Assembly: GCA_029717555.1 (NCBI GenBank)
Contig: JAMDHS010000006.1
Span: forward strand, 124,001 to 188,000
Direction: 5' to 3'
Length of the DNA stretch: 64,000 nucleotides
Origin: Peribolospora baueri
Lineage: Eukaryota
This document shows positions 40,616 to 56,982 of the stretch, one piece after another. The notes beneath the pieces were generated by a model, which worked only from the letters and a program-made list of their open reading frames with translations, had not been told where the DNA came from and did no database searches. Position numbers and translations under genes: made by a program. Each line of letters begins with the position of its first letter. Positions within the stretch are counted from its first letter, which is position 1.

Positions 40616-40973
40616 ATATCGTCCTGTCTTCCCCTCCCTTTGGACTGTCTGCTCTATACGATTGGGCAGCACCGCCATCTGGCGCGTCTTTTATGTCGCC
40701 GTGGACATGATTCCAGTAGGCGTACATCGGAGAATAACACTTTGTTTGTCGTCTGGGCACGAGTCTAACCGTACAAAACGACACGACGATCGGCCAGCCG
40801 CTTCCATAACGCGACAACGAGAGAGAGACGAGACACGGTTCCGAGAGAGCGAGAAAGCCAGTAGGCGAGCGACAGGCTCACTCTTGCCGAGTTTTATGCT
40901 CAGCCGCAGCCGCATGGAGATGACGTTGGGCCTGACTGAGTGGGACTGGACCCCAGCCCTCCACGGCGGGCCT

Positions 40974-43160
<2,187 letters not shown>

Positions 43161-43688
43161 GGTGGCGGAGAGAGGCAAATGTGAAGAAGGGTGGTGAAGA
43201 TGAAGGAGCTATAAGGGTGCGGCCGGAAGTTGGTCCGGCCGACGCTCGTCGTCTTCGCGCCATGTTCTCGATCACGACGTATGTCCGAGATGCCCGAGAC
43301 GGACTGCCGCAGCCGATCGCCTTCGCTTACCGCCGGCCTGCACCAGACTCGGCAAGAAATAGACGACGTCGACGATTGCCAGACATGGGCATGCTCTACA
43401 TACTTATATGCACACCACATACATACATGCACATTTCTTCCGACAATCAACTTGCGCCCATCAGAGCCTCTCTGTCTCAGAAATGCCCCACAAATTTGGC
43501 AACGAGCCGAGCCGAGACGAGATGAGGAGAGCAAAGGCGATCTCGCACGTGACGACCGGTGAGCGAGACGAGATGGGACTCTCTGATCAAAAAAGATCAA
43601 GGAGCCATTCAACGAGCGAAGCGCACGCATAGACGGCCAAGGTCCAGCTAGTCCGATAACGGGTCAACGCAACAGCCTAGCTGGGGCC

Positions 43689-46323
43689 ATGTCGGACTCG
43701 GAGCACGATGTGGAGCTCGAGCTGCGCGTCTTGCCACGCACCGACGCCAGCGCCGCACCAGAAGGAGAGGCCCCCGCTCCGCCCACCGAGCTGTCCGCCA
43801 CAAGTCGCGCCTCGACGCTGGCGACGGAGAAGGCGGACGGCCGAGGCGAGGGGCGGATATCGTTCTCTGCTTCCATCGGACAAAGTGCGCAGGCCGGTGA
43901 CAGGGCAGGGGAGGGCGGATTGGGAGGGGCGGAGAGAGGCGGCGAGGACGCCGGTGCAGAGGAACGGCAAGCGTCGGGAAAGGACGACGACGACGACCTG
44001 GACTGGCGAGGCGTCGTCTTGCTCGCCGCTCAGCATTGCTCAAGGTGAGCGAGGGAAGTGGTCCAAAACTGGTTTTACCCAACGGGAATCACCGCATTGC
44101 TCACCTCGGCGTCGCACTGCCTCCTTGCTTTTCGCCGGCCCTTCAGTGCTTTTGGCGACCGTCTGGCAGAGTTTGCCTTCCCTCTCTACCTGTGAACCTC
44201 TATTCCGCTTCTCCTCGGCTTCACATATCTCCACGCTCTTGCTCCAGTTCCGGACTCACGTTGGCCATCTCCCTTCTTTTGAAACTCTTGTCATGTCTCT
44301 TCTTCCCTTCTCGACCACCCATAGCATCGAACTATTCACCGACACCCTCCTCCCGGCTTCCATATACGGCTTTGTCACTACTGCCTTTGGCATCCTTTTC
44401 TCCGGCGCCGTCGGCTCTGTCATCGACCGCCACAGCCGTCTGCGGGCCGTGAGGACTTTCATTGTCCTGCAAAAGCTCTCCGCCTCTATCGTCTACGCCC
44501 TCTTCTTGGTCCTTTTCTTGAGATTCCGAGAACCGGCTGGTCACTCAAACGGGCGCACAGAGGTTTGGCTTCTGTTTGCCGCCGTTACCGCAGGGGGAAG
44601 TGCGCTCAAGTTGGCGACGGTGGGGATGAACGTGTGCATCGAGAGGGACTGGGTCACTTGCATCGCCGGGGTGCAGGGTCGGCGGCTCACCAAGCTCAAT
44701 GCGATCATGTGGGCAGCCTTTTTTTATCCCGTCTCTTCACATATTCTGTATCGAGCTGAAACTCTTTAATACCTTTTCTCATTCTTCTCCGCATCCAAAG
44801 GCGCCGCGTAGACCTCCTGTGCAAGCTCCTCTCCCCGCTCTTCGTCTCTCTCCTCACCACGGCCGCCTCCTACCCCTTCTCGGTTGTCTTCCTACTTTGC
44901 CTTGGCGCCGGCACTGCCGCTTTCGAGTTTCTCTTTATACAGATCGTCTATCAACGCTTCCCCGCTCTAGCGTTGCCAAGGTCGACGGAGCAAGACGAAG
45001 CAAGCGAATCTGTCGATGGTGTGGAGGGAGAGATAGTCTCCCAGGCGGTCAGGACAGACGAGGTAGTAAATGGTCGCCAAAACGGTCTCCACGTGAAACC
45101 CTTTGTGAAGGCAGTAAAACGGTCGCTCCTCCAACAGGCCAAAGACTGGTACAACTTCTCTCTCTACCCCGTCTTCTGGAGTGAGTCAGCCTCTTGTCCA
45201 CCGGCCATCTTAGACCTTTCCTCTTGCAGCTCTCTCTGATCGCTCTTGCTGTCCTATTCATCTTGCTTAAATGCCTCTTGCCCTTCCAACCAGGCTCCAT
45301 TTCCATTTCTCTTCTCTACCTCTCTGTCCTCTCCTTCGATACCACCTTCCTTAGCTACCTCAAGAGCTCGACGGACTACAGCGACCCGTTCATCGCGGGC
45401 ATGAGAGGTATCTGCGTCGTTACTGGACTTCTGGGAACGTTCTTGATGCCCTTGTTGGAAAGGCAGATTGGGTGAGGAGACGCCCTTTCTGGCGTCGTAG
45501 ATCCAAGTCGGAGTAGTCTTTGGCTGACGTGGCGCATCTCTTTCTCCGACGTTGCAAAGCCTGGTTCGCGCAGGTACATGGAGCATTTCGTGAGTGCTTC
45601 CACGGGTCGCCCGTGCTCTACCCTCGTCTTTCCTGCACGATGTTTACCCGACGCGCTCGTCACATCGCTCCCACAGGTCAGAGCTCCTCTCCCTCGTCCC
45701 CGTCCTGTCGAGCTTCTATATAGGCGCCAACACCCGGCATCGGGCCCCTTGGAATTCCGCCTTGCTTTTCTCCGGTGAGTCGGTTGGTCGTACCAGCGGG
45801 AGATGCACCGAAGCGGTCTTTTTTCTTCTCAGGGCCCAAACCTCTTCTCACCTTCTTCTTTTCACGACGGCATCCTTCGGATCACCCTCTCGAACAGGTC
45901 TCGCAGCCTCCCGCATAGGCCTGTGGTCATTCGACCTCGTTCAACTCACCGAGCTTCAAACCGCCCTCGCCGCCCACCCGCGCAGGAACGCCTTGACAGG
46001 CCTTCAGTTCAGCCTTCAGAATGTTTTCGACCTCGCGCATTATGCTCTGACTATGGGATGGAACAAGCCGGACGAGTTCCGCTATGCCGCTGCGGTGCGT
46101 AAGGCTGGGCTGATCAGAGTCGTGCAAACACAGAACGAGCGTCCGCGGAGTACGAAGCGAGCGATTCGGTCTCGTCCTGACGCTCCGTTTTTTTTTTGAT
46201 GCCTTCTTCCAGGTCTCTTTCGCCTCTGTCTTCCTCGCCACTCTCGTCTACGTCTTCGGCTACGCCCGCCGTCTGCGTGGGCACGTCTTTCACGTACCTC
46301 TGCTGTCCAAGAAGGCTGATTAA
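43689..46323 (+). CDS. Ferroportin (SLC40A1/IREG)-like MFS metal exporter, multi-exon
   Basis: SAFGDRLAEFAFPLYL, TLLPASIYG, NVCIERDWV, RRVDLLCKLLSPLFVS, LYLSVLSFD, SRIGLWSFDL, LQNVFDL. Confidence 0.88.
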
Positions 46324-46772
46324 CGAGCCCGGCCTTGACTTTCTTCTGGAGCCGTTCGTCTCTTCGCCGCTTCGTTCCTCGGTCCAGGTCCGATTTGATG
46401 TACGCGTCTCTCGGTGGAATCGCAACTCGCAACTTGCTTTCGACGACTCGCTTTAGCGTGAATGATGTCCGGCTGTCTAGAAATCGAGCATGGCTTCCCG
46501 CAGTCGAGGTGCAAGAGGAGTTTCCAGAAGAAACGACGGACGAGTGACTGATTGTAAGGCAGGTCGAGAAAATGTCGACGTTGGTGGCGCTGGCGGGCAA
46601 GAAATTAGGCACAGGGGAGCGATTTATGGGTTGTCTTGGTACAATGGGTGTGAGTAAGGTACAGTACCAATGAATCGAGAGACGAGGCAAGCTAGGGCGT
46701 ACAACGAGAACAGTGAATAAGAGAAGGAAGACCACGTCACAATCACGCATCCGCCGTCCGTCATCGAAAGCG

Positions 46773-48584
46773 TCACAGGTACGTCCAATCGACGCAGTCG
46801 ACACAGTCGTCCTCTGCCTCCGGATCAGGTACATCCCTGCCCTCATTCTCGCCGTCATCCCCATCCCCGTCCTGACCATTGCGTCCCCATCCCCACCACG
46901 TCGAAGTAGAAACGCTTCCCTTCATCGTCCCATTGCCCTTCTCCTTCCGGCCACCCCACTTTCTATCAAGTGTGAGCACCGAGTCGATGACGGTGTGGAT
47001 CGAGTGCGTGCGTATCGAAACACCCCAGCGAAGCTCGCGCACGGTGTCGTACACGATACTTTGTCCAAGGTGGCACTTTGAGTCCATCGCGTAGCCCGCT
47101 TCGAAACAGACGCTGCCAAAGCCGTTGCACGTACCCTGGCGAGAGGCGCGAGGAGAGTGGCGGCAACGGCCTCAGCCTGGCTTTTCTGGAGAAACGTTGC
47201 GGGATCGTCTCAAGGCTCACCATGACTATGGGATCGGCGGTGTGATACACATGCGTAATGGGCACCATTTTCCAATCGACTTCCTCCTTGCCGTCCTCCC
47301 GTACACCTGTCCTCATCGCAGGTGGCATGGGTAAGTGCAGCCTTTTGGCTGCCATCCTCTCTCCGGGTGCCTCGAACGCTACCGTAGGAGCGCCGAAAGT
47401 GGTCCCCAACAGGCTCGCTATAGAACCACCGAGAGAGTGTCCAGCGAGCCATATGCGTGCGTTGGGGAACATATAGCTCACGTTGTTGTACAGGTTCGTT
47501 GCGATGGGGTAGTAGACGCTGTCCTTGACCAGAGCGCGCGTTACGCAGGTAGATGAGCAAGATTTCGCGGTGGGACTAGAGCGGTAGCAGTCACAGACCG
47601 GCTTCCAGGTCCAGGATTCTCGGGCACAGCAGCAAGAGAAGAGGAGGTTGTCCTATGCATCGGACGGCGAAATTATCGGTCAGCAAACGAACGCGGTGCG
47701 TCAGAAGCAATACGGTTCAAGGAGACGTCTTCGACGCAACAATGACCACCACATCGCTCACATTGATACGATCATTGTTCATCGTGTCCCCCCCTCCGCC
47801 GAACAGACCAGCCGTGGTACCCTTGATGGCGATCACCACCGTCTTATTGTCAGCCGTAGAGAAGACGTGCCCACGAATACCGTCCTCTTCCCAGCCGAAC
47901 GAGTTCGTCTGATCGTGGAGAAAGCCAAGTCGAACGGGGATCAATCCTTCCGTTGGCAAAACCATGCCATCACATTGTCATACTGTGCAAACGCCAGGAG
48001 TGCCGCCGCGAAGCCCTCACCAAATTGTATTTCCCGTCCAGCTCGTACCATCCGCTCGAATTCTTTCCCCCATCCTCGTACGCGTTGCTCGCCATCTTAG
48101 CCATGCTCACTACCGTCTCCCGATCGCTAACGTCGGGTACCTCCACCTCCACCTCCTCCCACTCGAATTCGCCGGCGTCGGGCAGAGTCGCCTGCTGCGC
48201 TGTAAATGCTGCCCTTCGGGCGGAGAGGTATTCTGCGGGAGAGCGGAGACGTTGGATCGTCTGCCGTTTGGAGCGGAGAACCAGAGGAGAGGTGGTGATA
48301 TCGGAGGTGCGGAGCAGAGCAGAAACGTCATAGTCCTTGCGCGCGTCCAGGCCGGGATGAAGAGAGGCGCCCTTGTGTAGACCGTGACGAAGAGTAAATG
48401 CCTTGGTGTCGGGCGACGTGCTCCAAGGAGTTGTAATACTCTTGAGCCGAAACGAGAGGAGGGGGAGTGACCAAGGATAAGGGAGCAGTCGCGCCGGGTT
48501 GAAGAGCGAGGCGGTCCATGGCAATGCGGCGGCTTCGGTGGCGAGTAGCCATATCGCCGGGAGAAGCCAAAGAGGCCAGCGCAT
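46773..48584 (-). CDS. ATG15: Vacuolar autophagy lipase Atg15
   Basis: [46 protein letters not shown] (nucleophile), FEAPGE...RLHLP, HTADPI, CHLG, CVDW. Confidence 0.92.
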
Positions 48585-48872
48585 GACGAGCGAACAACCA
48601 GATTGGAGAATGTGAGAGTCGGTGCAGATGGGAACAGCATCGAGTACGAGACAGCGTCGCCCGTCGTCGTCGTTATCGTTGCTGCCGTTATCGTCACGCC
48701 GGCTGATTAGGAGCAGCGGGGATTGCCGCAGCACGACTTGGCGCACTCGGCCTTGCAATCAACCGGGATCCGATCAGGTGCAAGTTGGCCCGCGAATTTC
48801 TCTCACTCGACGACGTCGTCTCATCCACCCCTTCATTTTCGCGTTCCTTACGAGCCAGTTTGAACATCGAGC

Positions 48873-50595
48873 ATGGACGCCATTGCAAGTGCAGGCTCCG
48901 GCAGCGATGACATCTACCGTCCCTCGTTCTTCCAGCTCGCAGCGCAGGACCAGCTGTCCGCCCTCCTCCAGCCGGCGCTCAAATATGTTCTTTCGGTGAG
49001 TCTGAGCGAAGCGGTTGCGGTCCACTTGTCGCCTGCCTATGTTGATCCGTTCACTTGACGGAGCGCTCTGTATATCTGACCTGGGACTTGCCTTTGCTCT
49101 CCTTTATGTAGGTCTTCGCTCAACGACATCCGCGATACCTCCTCCGGATTGTCAACCGGTATGAGGAATTTTACGCTGTCTTGATGTTCTTCATCGAGCG
49201 GCATTATCTTAAAGAATGGGGTGAGCATACGTTTAATGTATTGCAGATTTATGGTTGTCGCATAGACACGACTCTAACAGCATTTGACCGTACGGATCTC
49301 TTCCAGGCTCTTCCTTCGCCGAAAACTTCTACTCGCTTAAGCGCCGCCGACGACCCGGCATCTCCACGGACCGCGCCCGTGCGGCGATGATGGCGTCGTC
49401 TTCCTCGCCCGCGATGGCGAGCAAGTATGAGAAACTCCGTCCTCGGGAGATCTACGCGAGCTTGGTGGCGCTCGTGGGCTTGCCGTACGTGCAGGCCAAG
49501 GCACAGGACTATTACGAGAGCATCGGCGGAGGGGTGGACGAGACGGAGCTCTTTGGGGATGAGCATGAGGAGGAGAGCGCGTCGTTGGGAGAAGGCGGGT
49601 CGAGGCGGACGAGGAGATGGAGTGCAGAGCAGGTGAGTTTGGTCGACCCCGGTGGGCCCAATAAATTGCCGCCTGCACGTCGTGTGCTCTATGTCGACTG
49701 GTACACTTCCCTCCCCTCCCCTCCCCACAGGAGAGCCTTCGCGAGCTTGTGAAGCGCCGCTTTGATTCCATTTTTCGTCGGCTCTATCCTTACGTATGCG
49801 CAGCATGGCAGGCATGGCTTCTGAGCTACAACCTCCGCTATCTCTTCAATCGGACGCCGTATTGGCGTCCGTGGCTGGAGTGGATGCGGGTAGACGTGAG
49901 GATGATGGGCGAGGAAGACTTCGTGAGTTTATTGGCTGGGCATGCTGTGTCCTTTGCCACACGGGCTCGTGTCTGACGAACAGACTTGTGTTTTCCATAT
50001 GCAGCATAAACATCACCCTATGATTCCACCACACTACCTTCCCTCCCTCCTCAAGCATCCCGGCCTTTTCGTCCTCCGCCTCCTGCGCCTGAGCCCCCGT
50101 ATCGTCTTTGAGACACTTAAGCACGTCCTTCCGCTATCCATTTTCTTCTTCAAGTTCCTCGAATGGTGGTATTCCGCCGAGTCACCAAGGCGTGCATCAG
50201 GGCGAGGCGGGGGGGGAGCAGGAGAGGGGCCGGTGACGGGAGAGGAAGAGGGTGTGCCGATGTTTGGACCGCCCAAGCCCTTGCTGCCGTCCAAGCGAGG
50301 CATCCTCTACCGACCGCTACGTCCCCCTCCCGCGTCTTTGCTCCCCAACGCCGACCCCACGCTCCCGCCGGGAACTTCCCTTCCGCTTCCCCTCCCTCCG
50401 TCCCACACGCCACTGCCGCTCCTCCACAACACTTGCCCGCTCTGCTTCACAAGTCCGATCGCTAACCCCACCGTGCTGGGCACGGGTTACGCGTTCTGCT
50501 ACACTTGCGCGCACGAGTTTGTAGGACGGGAAGGAAGGTGTCCTGTCACCAGGCAGAGGGTGAGCCTGGGCGAGCTGAGGAAGGTGCTCGGATAG
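48873..50595 (+). CDS. PEX12: Peroxin 12 (RING peroxin)
   Basis: RPSFFQLAAQDQLSALLQPALKY, ERHYL...SFAENFYSLKR, LPLSIFFFKFLEWWY, CPLC...NPT...GYAFCYTC...CPVT. Confidence 0.93.
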
Positions 50596-51057
50596 TATGG
50601 GTCCGCTTTCTTTCCGCTCTGTGAGCTAGACGGGCGAAAGCGATGGGTGCGAGCAGTGCTGCATTAGAATGAACGGGCAGCTGGTCCTAGTGAATCTAAA
50701 CGAGCGTCCAGCAGTCGATTATTTCTTTATTCAATGCCTGATACCTATTCTGCTGAGGATGAGGTGGAGAGCAGTGCGTGCATCTCCAAGGCGACCCGGA
50801 CAGGTGGAACGGTCACCCTCGACCGAGTCCGGCAGTCGGCCGATCAGAGTCGGCTCGATCGGCAGGCCCGAGCAACTTGATCTCGTCATAAACCACCTAT
50901 GCCGCCGCTTCCACGTCTCCGCAACCACGACCCGAGCCAGCAAAGATACTTTGGACTGGTTGACCAAGGTCGGGCAGGCGTCGAGCCATTCAGAGCAGGT
51001 TTTCATAGCTGATCGGACACGCACCCCCACACGCACCCCGCGACCGCGGAATCAAGC

Positions 51058-52777
51058 ATGGAGAAGCTCGAGCCGCTGTCCGACCTCTGTCGGCTGTCGG
51101 ATAGGATCGTTCGCATCTTGGCGCAGGTGAGTCGCAGCGAGATCCTACGGAATTCGGTCGTATGTTGGCTTTGTTGGTTGGGTATCCGGCAGGGCGAAAG
51201 GTTTACGCAGCTCTTTCTTGGTCAATGCCTGCAAGAGAGGACGCCTGCGTGGAGCAAGCTGGAGTGACAAGGATATTCACAGAATGTGCATGCTCTTTTC
51301 TCCCGCTTCTACTTTGGCCTCCTCTTGCATAGAACCCCGGCAAGTTCACCCTCCAGGGCACGAACACCTACCTTGTCGGCACGGGGCGTCGGCGCATTCT
51401 CATCGACACGGGTGAGGGAAAGCCGGAGTACATCCCCCTGCTGGAGCGCGCTCTCACAAGGCCTCCCAAGGCGGTCGTGAACGGCATTCAGAGCCAGGAG
51501 AAACCAGCGGGAGGGGGGGAGACAGAGACCTGCGCGAACATTGAGGTTTCGGACATGTGAGCACATTTTTTGTCCGTTCCTCCCCCGTGGCGATTTGGCA
51601 AGGAATGGCTGACAGGCGCTCGTCCCTTTCGAAAAGCATCTTGACCCACCGACACCACGATCACACCAGAGGCATTTTCTCCGTCCTTTCCCTCCTCTCC
51701 TCGTTGCGATCCCAGCGAGCGAACGCGACGTCCTCTTCGGTCAACCCAACCACACCTTCCCTCCCTCCTCGAATCCACAAATTTTCCGACCGATCTTCCA
51801 GTTCCATCGACTCCTCCTTCATCGAAGAACTTCGGGCCTTGCCGGCGGGCAGTTTCACTCCTGCCGCCGAGGGTAGCAGTCCCATAGCCCCACTTTTTGC
51901 TTTGGAAGATGGGCAGACGTTGATCGCTGAAGGTGGACATGGTGATTTGGAGGGAGCCGAGAACGAGAAGGGGACGAAACTCAAGGTGTTGCACACGCCT
52001 GGACACACTGAAGATCACGTCTGTTTGCTCCTCGAGGAGGAACGCCGGCCCGTGAGCGGTAACGACGACTTCACTACCAACCGGAGCATCGAGGGGTCGG
52101 CGCTCTTCACGGGCGACTCTGTCCTCGGCCAGGGGACATCTGTCTTCCAAGACCTGGGGGCATATATTTCCTCCCTTCGACGATGCCTAGAGGAACTTGG
52201 TTCTGCGAGCGCTGTCGGCGGCGACGGCGGGGAGGCAGAGGCCCAGCAGAGAGCGAAAAAGGCTCGCCTCTACCCGTCGCACGGACCATTGCTCGACGAC
52301 GGCCGGACGACAATCGAGCAGTATATCGCACACCGCCTCGAGAGGGAGGAGCAAGTCATCAAATTGCTCTCATCCTCTCCCCCCGCTACCGCTTCCGACG
52401 CCGACCCTTCGGCCGCCTCTTCGGGTACGCCCATATGGTCCATCGCAGACCTCACCACCACCCTCTACGCCTCCTACCCCCCGTCGCTCTACCCTCCTGC
52501 GGCCGGTGGCCTAGCTCTGCACCTTGAGAAGCTCCGAGCAGAATCGAGAGCAGAGCAAGTGGGGGGTACGACGTGGGAGGAATTCATCAAGACGAACGAT
52601 GGCGTCGCGAACAAGGTGGATCCACTACGGAGTTGGGAGATGTTACAGGATATGAGATGGAGGTTGACGTCGTCGACCTCGGCCCAGGTCCCCGAGCGTG
52701 CGGACGATGGGGCCGGGGAGACCGACGGCAGCAGTGGAGAAAGCAGGACGACGACGCCAGGCCCAGGCAAGCTATGA
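51058..52777 (+). CDS. Metallo-beta-lactamase-fold protein, LACTB2-like
   Basis: [73 protein letters not shown]. Confidence 0.9.
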
Positions 52778-52966
52778 TGGTCCACGTCGAGTCCCTTCGC
52801 CAGTCCCTTCTAGCTCATCCATCTCTGTCGGCGTTTTCTGGCCGCTCTAAGTGGTCAAGTCTGTGAGGAAATACCAACACCTTGGATAGTAGACTGTTCC
52901 CAAATGGGTGTACGCGATCAGTCGGATGGCCAAGCAGCGATGCAGGGCAGTCGCCAGTCATGATGA

Positions 52967-53396
52967 CGTGATGTTTACATTGCGCCCTCTGCTCTACGCG
53001 CGTCGTCTCCACTCCCTCCTCCTCCTCCTCCTTCTTCCTCTCCTCCATCTATGTCCCGCCTGAAGGGCTACCTACGAGCGAAAAGGAAACTACCTAGGAT
53101 CTATGTTTTCGCCCTTCAGGCCTCCCCTCTTGAGTACTGCCTCGCTTTTTCCTAGGTAGTTTCCTTACTTTACCTTACCTTACCTTACCTTACCTTACCT
53201 TACCTTACCTAGGAAAAAGCGAGGAAGTACTTAAGGGGGAGGCCTGAAGGGCGAAAACATAGATCCTAGGTAGTTTCCTTTTCGCTCGTAGGTAGCCCTT
53301 CAGGCGGGACATAGATGGAGGAGAGGAAGAAGGAGGAGGAGGAGGAGGGAGTGGAGACGACGCGCGTAGAGCAGAGGGCGCAATGTAAACATCACG
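52967..53396. mobile_element. Palindromic MITE/foldback element, 430 bp, ~190-bp arms, TGATGA target-site duplication
   Basis: 52967-~53159 is the reverse complement of ~53205-53396 with ~3 differences. The loop is (TTACC)n; TGATGA occurs at 52961-52966 and 53397-53402. Confidence 0.85.
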
Positions 53397-53746
53397 TGAT
53401 GACCCCCGGGCTAGTTTGACTGCCTTGCTAGTTGGCCCTTTTTTTTTTTGCCGGGGGCGAGCTGTTTAGCTTGATCATGATGGGCCGCTCAGAGGACCTT
53501 GGGCAGAAGGGCCCGTTAAAGCCCAATGTGGAGTTCACCTTCGACCGACCCAAGCTAATCTCAGGGTGGATCTTAAAGGAAACTAGTATCGACTTTGATT
53601 CCGGTAATGAGATTCAAACTCTCTCTCCCGATGCTCAAGACAAGGAAGAAAGGCATGCGACAAATAGAACCAGGAAGAAGGGTAAATAAATTGCGATAGA
53701 AAAACGACGTTCGAATAGAAATACGGCGCCGACGCAAGACAAGGTG

Positions 53747-56700
53747 TCACAGCGCGTCAAAGTTGATCGCATGGACGGCCCGCTTGCGTTCCCGCTCGTC
53801 TTCTCTCTGCGTTGAGCGAAGGCGAGGAGAGGGAGGGAAGGGGTAGGACGACAGGAGCGGTAAGGAAATCTCAGTTTCTGCCCCAGGCAAAAAAAGGTAC
53901 GATGCCGCGAAACAAAGCCGAAAAGGCACACGGGAGAACCCACCTTTTCGTTCAAGTGCAACAAGAACGTCACTCCGGCGAGCATCACGATGGCGGTGAC
54001 GAGGGTGACCGTAACCCATGGGATCCACTCTCCAGGCTGCAAGTAAAGCTCCTTGTGCCAGCCAGAAGGGTCGTCGACCTCCTTGCCGGGCTCTCCTTGC
54101 CAGGGCACGATGACGACTTGACTGTTGGGAATGACACCTTCCATGTTGACATAGTGCTTCGATTGTCTCCGCCGAGTCGTGCCCACAAAAAGGTTCTCAA
54201 CGTAGTTGTTCGTTCGCCCCAGACCGAAGTAGGAGTACGGCGTGCCGAGAGTCAAGTAGGATAGTTGCGGAAGTTGGCCGACTGGGAACATAATGTTTCG
54301 AGTGAAATGAGTGAGACGCGCTGCATGTGACTGCTTGTAAGAGTAAGTCCACTCACCTTGTGTTGCTCTCCTCTTTCCGACCGTATCAAGGATGGTGAAC
54401 TTGTAGGAAGCACCAGCGTAGTTGACGCCGAGAGGCTGGACGGCAGGAGAATCGTACGACAACGCGTGAGCCAGTTTTTTTGTTGTCCTGGCAGCAAGAC
54501 GAAGAGGTGACGCCTACCTTGTACTTCGGCTTGTCCTTTGGCTCACACTTTCCGAGACAGGCACCATTGAGAACTGAGGAGAAAATGAAAGTGCATGTCA
54601 GACCGCGAAAAGCACGCCACGTCCGCAATCGACTGCTTCGCTGCTCCATTGGCCGTGACCTCGGAGACCTGAGCCTCACCCATGGCTTTGAGGAAGAATG
54701 CATCGTGGAAGAAATTGTTCTTTATGAATGTCACCTGCCGAGTGCGGGCTCGATCGTCCCAGTCCGAGGACGGCAAGCGCTGTAAGACGATGTCGAGGGT
54801 GCCCTGAGGAGCAAGATAGAGCGTACGAGATCGTAAAAACAGGAAGGAGTTAGCGTGCGCGTCGCAAGGGAGCCCATCATAGCTGCCCCAGGGACGAACG
54901 CCACTTCGAAAAACGTCGGCGGCACCAAGATTGACTCACATCCTCGTCGACATCGAACCAGCTAGCGCTTCTCACGTCCTTAAATTTGCCCAACGCATCT
55001 ACTTGAGGACCCGTGACGACCTCAAAGGTGCCCCTCCTTTCCCATACCTTCGGATCGTCGCCGCATGCCGCGCCCTTGCCATCACAGGCCACGCTTCGGA
55101 GGAGATAAACGCGCGTTTCATCTATCTGGGCGTGGGGTGGTACGGTGAGGACGAGCAGGTCTGGGTAACCGTCCAAGTTGAAGTCGCCCGGCCGGAGAGG
55201 GACGGGTGCATTTGGTGAGGAGACGGTGTCACTGAGTACAAGTGAGTGACCTGGAAGGATAGAAGAAATGGGGATGCGGACGAGGTCCTGGATAGGTGGA
55301 ACGAGAGCAAGAGAGACGGGGTAACGGATGGAGCAAAGAGGTGAGCAAAATGGGACACTAACAACGTTCGACTGCGTGGGCATAGCACACTCACCGGGTT
55401 GCTCGGATCCACACTCATATTGAACTTGAACCCATCGTCCGCCTGACACATGTTCTCCGGATCCCTGCATGTCAACCTGCCCTGTTCATCCCTCCCTTCT
55501 CCGCCTCCTGCGGCATCAGTCCCGCCGAAAGGTTGCCCGGCGCGCTGGTTGCACAAAGGCGCCTGGCGGTTGTAAGCAATGTTGATGTAGCATTCGCCCT
55601 TGCTTCCACCGCCAAAAATGCCTCCATTTTTGTCAGGGTCGCACGATGGGAAGACTAAGTCGACCGTGCCATCCCGGTTCATATCCGCGAAGGTCACCGC
55701 ACCCGATCCAGGTGGAAAAGTGCCGGTGCGAGAGAGGGTGAAGCCACCACTTGAAGAAGCTGAGTCACCCGCGGGCTGTGAAGGTTTCGTGTTTGTGTAG
55801 ATACGGTAAGAGAGGGATTTATGGTCGGAAGGATCAGCGCAGACTAGGAAGAGGTCTGCGAGACAGTCGCCGTTGAGGTCCACGAAGCCGCTCATGTGTG
55901 GAGTTGCGAGTTGGCAGCCAGAGTCGTCCGGAGAGTTAGAATCGGTCAAAAAAGGAGCGCTAACGCTGATGTCGCAAGGGAAACATGTGATTAGCAGGGT
56001 CCCAACAGGTCCAGGCCAGACGGTCAACACTTACACGTCAAACGCAGTCTCTTGTTCCCCTCGCCCGATGGCGTTCCTCCACATTTTCAAAGTTCGCGGA
56101 ACGGAAGCAGCAATGTCGAACGGGTGGGCGAGAAGGTCCATTCGCATATCTCCCTGGCCGTCGAAGACGAGAGGGTGTGCGAAGGTGGATGACGGAATGG
56201 GCGCGGATGACTGAACTGAAAAAAAAATATCAAAGCAAAAATAGTCAGATCATGAGCATCTAGTCTATTGGACCGGTAGAGGTTTGCCTGACAACTGACA
56301 GAATCCTCCCTCCGGCTGGCCCAACCAAAGTTGCATTTTGACTTCTTCGGTGTTCCTCTCTTTGTCGCTTGGTGGCTGGCTTTGACCCATTAGGAGCGCG
56401 TCTAACCGGCCATCGTAGTTGAAGTCCGAAAGGACAACGTCCGTGACGTGGAAAGTCGACGGCATGCTCAAAGTTGCAACAGGCTCGGTGAAGGTGAAGG
56501 CAGCTGGATGAAATATACGGAACAAGTCAGTCCGTAGGTCTAACACGCAGGGCAGAGCACTAGCTTGTCAATCTCACAATGATCCCACTTGTGCACGGTA
56601 ACAGTGTGCAGGTCGGAGCCGAGCACAAAGACGTCGGTGCTGGTCGAGAGAGTGCACGGGCATTCGGGAACGGGGGTGAAATAGGTGAGCAGACCAGACG

Positions 56701-56982
56701 TGAGAGATTGGAATAAAGACGACGAAGACATTGGCCCAATGCCAATACTCACAACTGATCCCCGTCATAGTCACCAAACGCCGCTATTCGCCCACCCATC
56801 TTCTCCAAGCCGAGCTGACCGGCATCGATAAGGCCCTCGTACTTGAACCGCTTCTCCCCCCAGAGGGCGCTGGCCGGTTCCACACCGAACAGAAGTGCAG
56901 CGGACGCGAGAATGGAAATCGACGCCACACGCTGAATATAATAGTCTCGCCGTCTTCGGCGCCATGTTGAGGTCCAGACCAT
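53747..56982 (-). CDS. ITFG1/LINKIN (TIP)-like FG-GAP-repeat type I membrane protein
   Basis: Signal peptide; repeated DYDGD/DFNYDG/DLNGD/DMNRDG/DFNLDG motifs; FFHDAFFLKA, GVNYAGAS, YFGLGRTNNYVE, IPNSQVVI; TM then EKREDERER...INFDAL*. Confidence 0.88.

Noticed and set aside
43560..43690. Animal-type iron-responsive element upstream of ferroportin
   Set aside because: No CAGUGN loop stem found.
52766..52777. C-terminal GKL of the LACTB2-like protein as a PTS1, next to PEX12
   Set aside because: GKL is a weak, non-consensus PTS1 and adjacency alone is not evidence.
53165..53210. (TTACC)n as an interstitial telomere
   Set aside because: Reads GGTAA on the other strand, not TTAGG/TTAGGG; treated as the MITE loop microsatellite.
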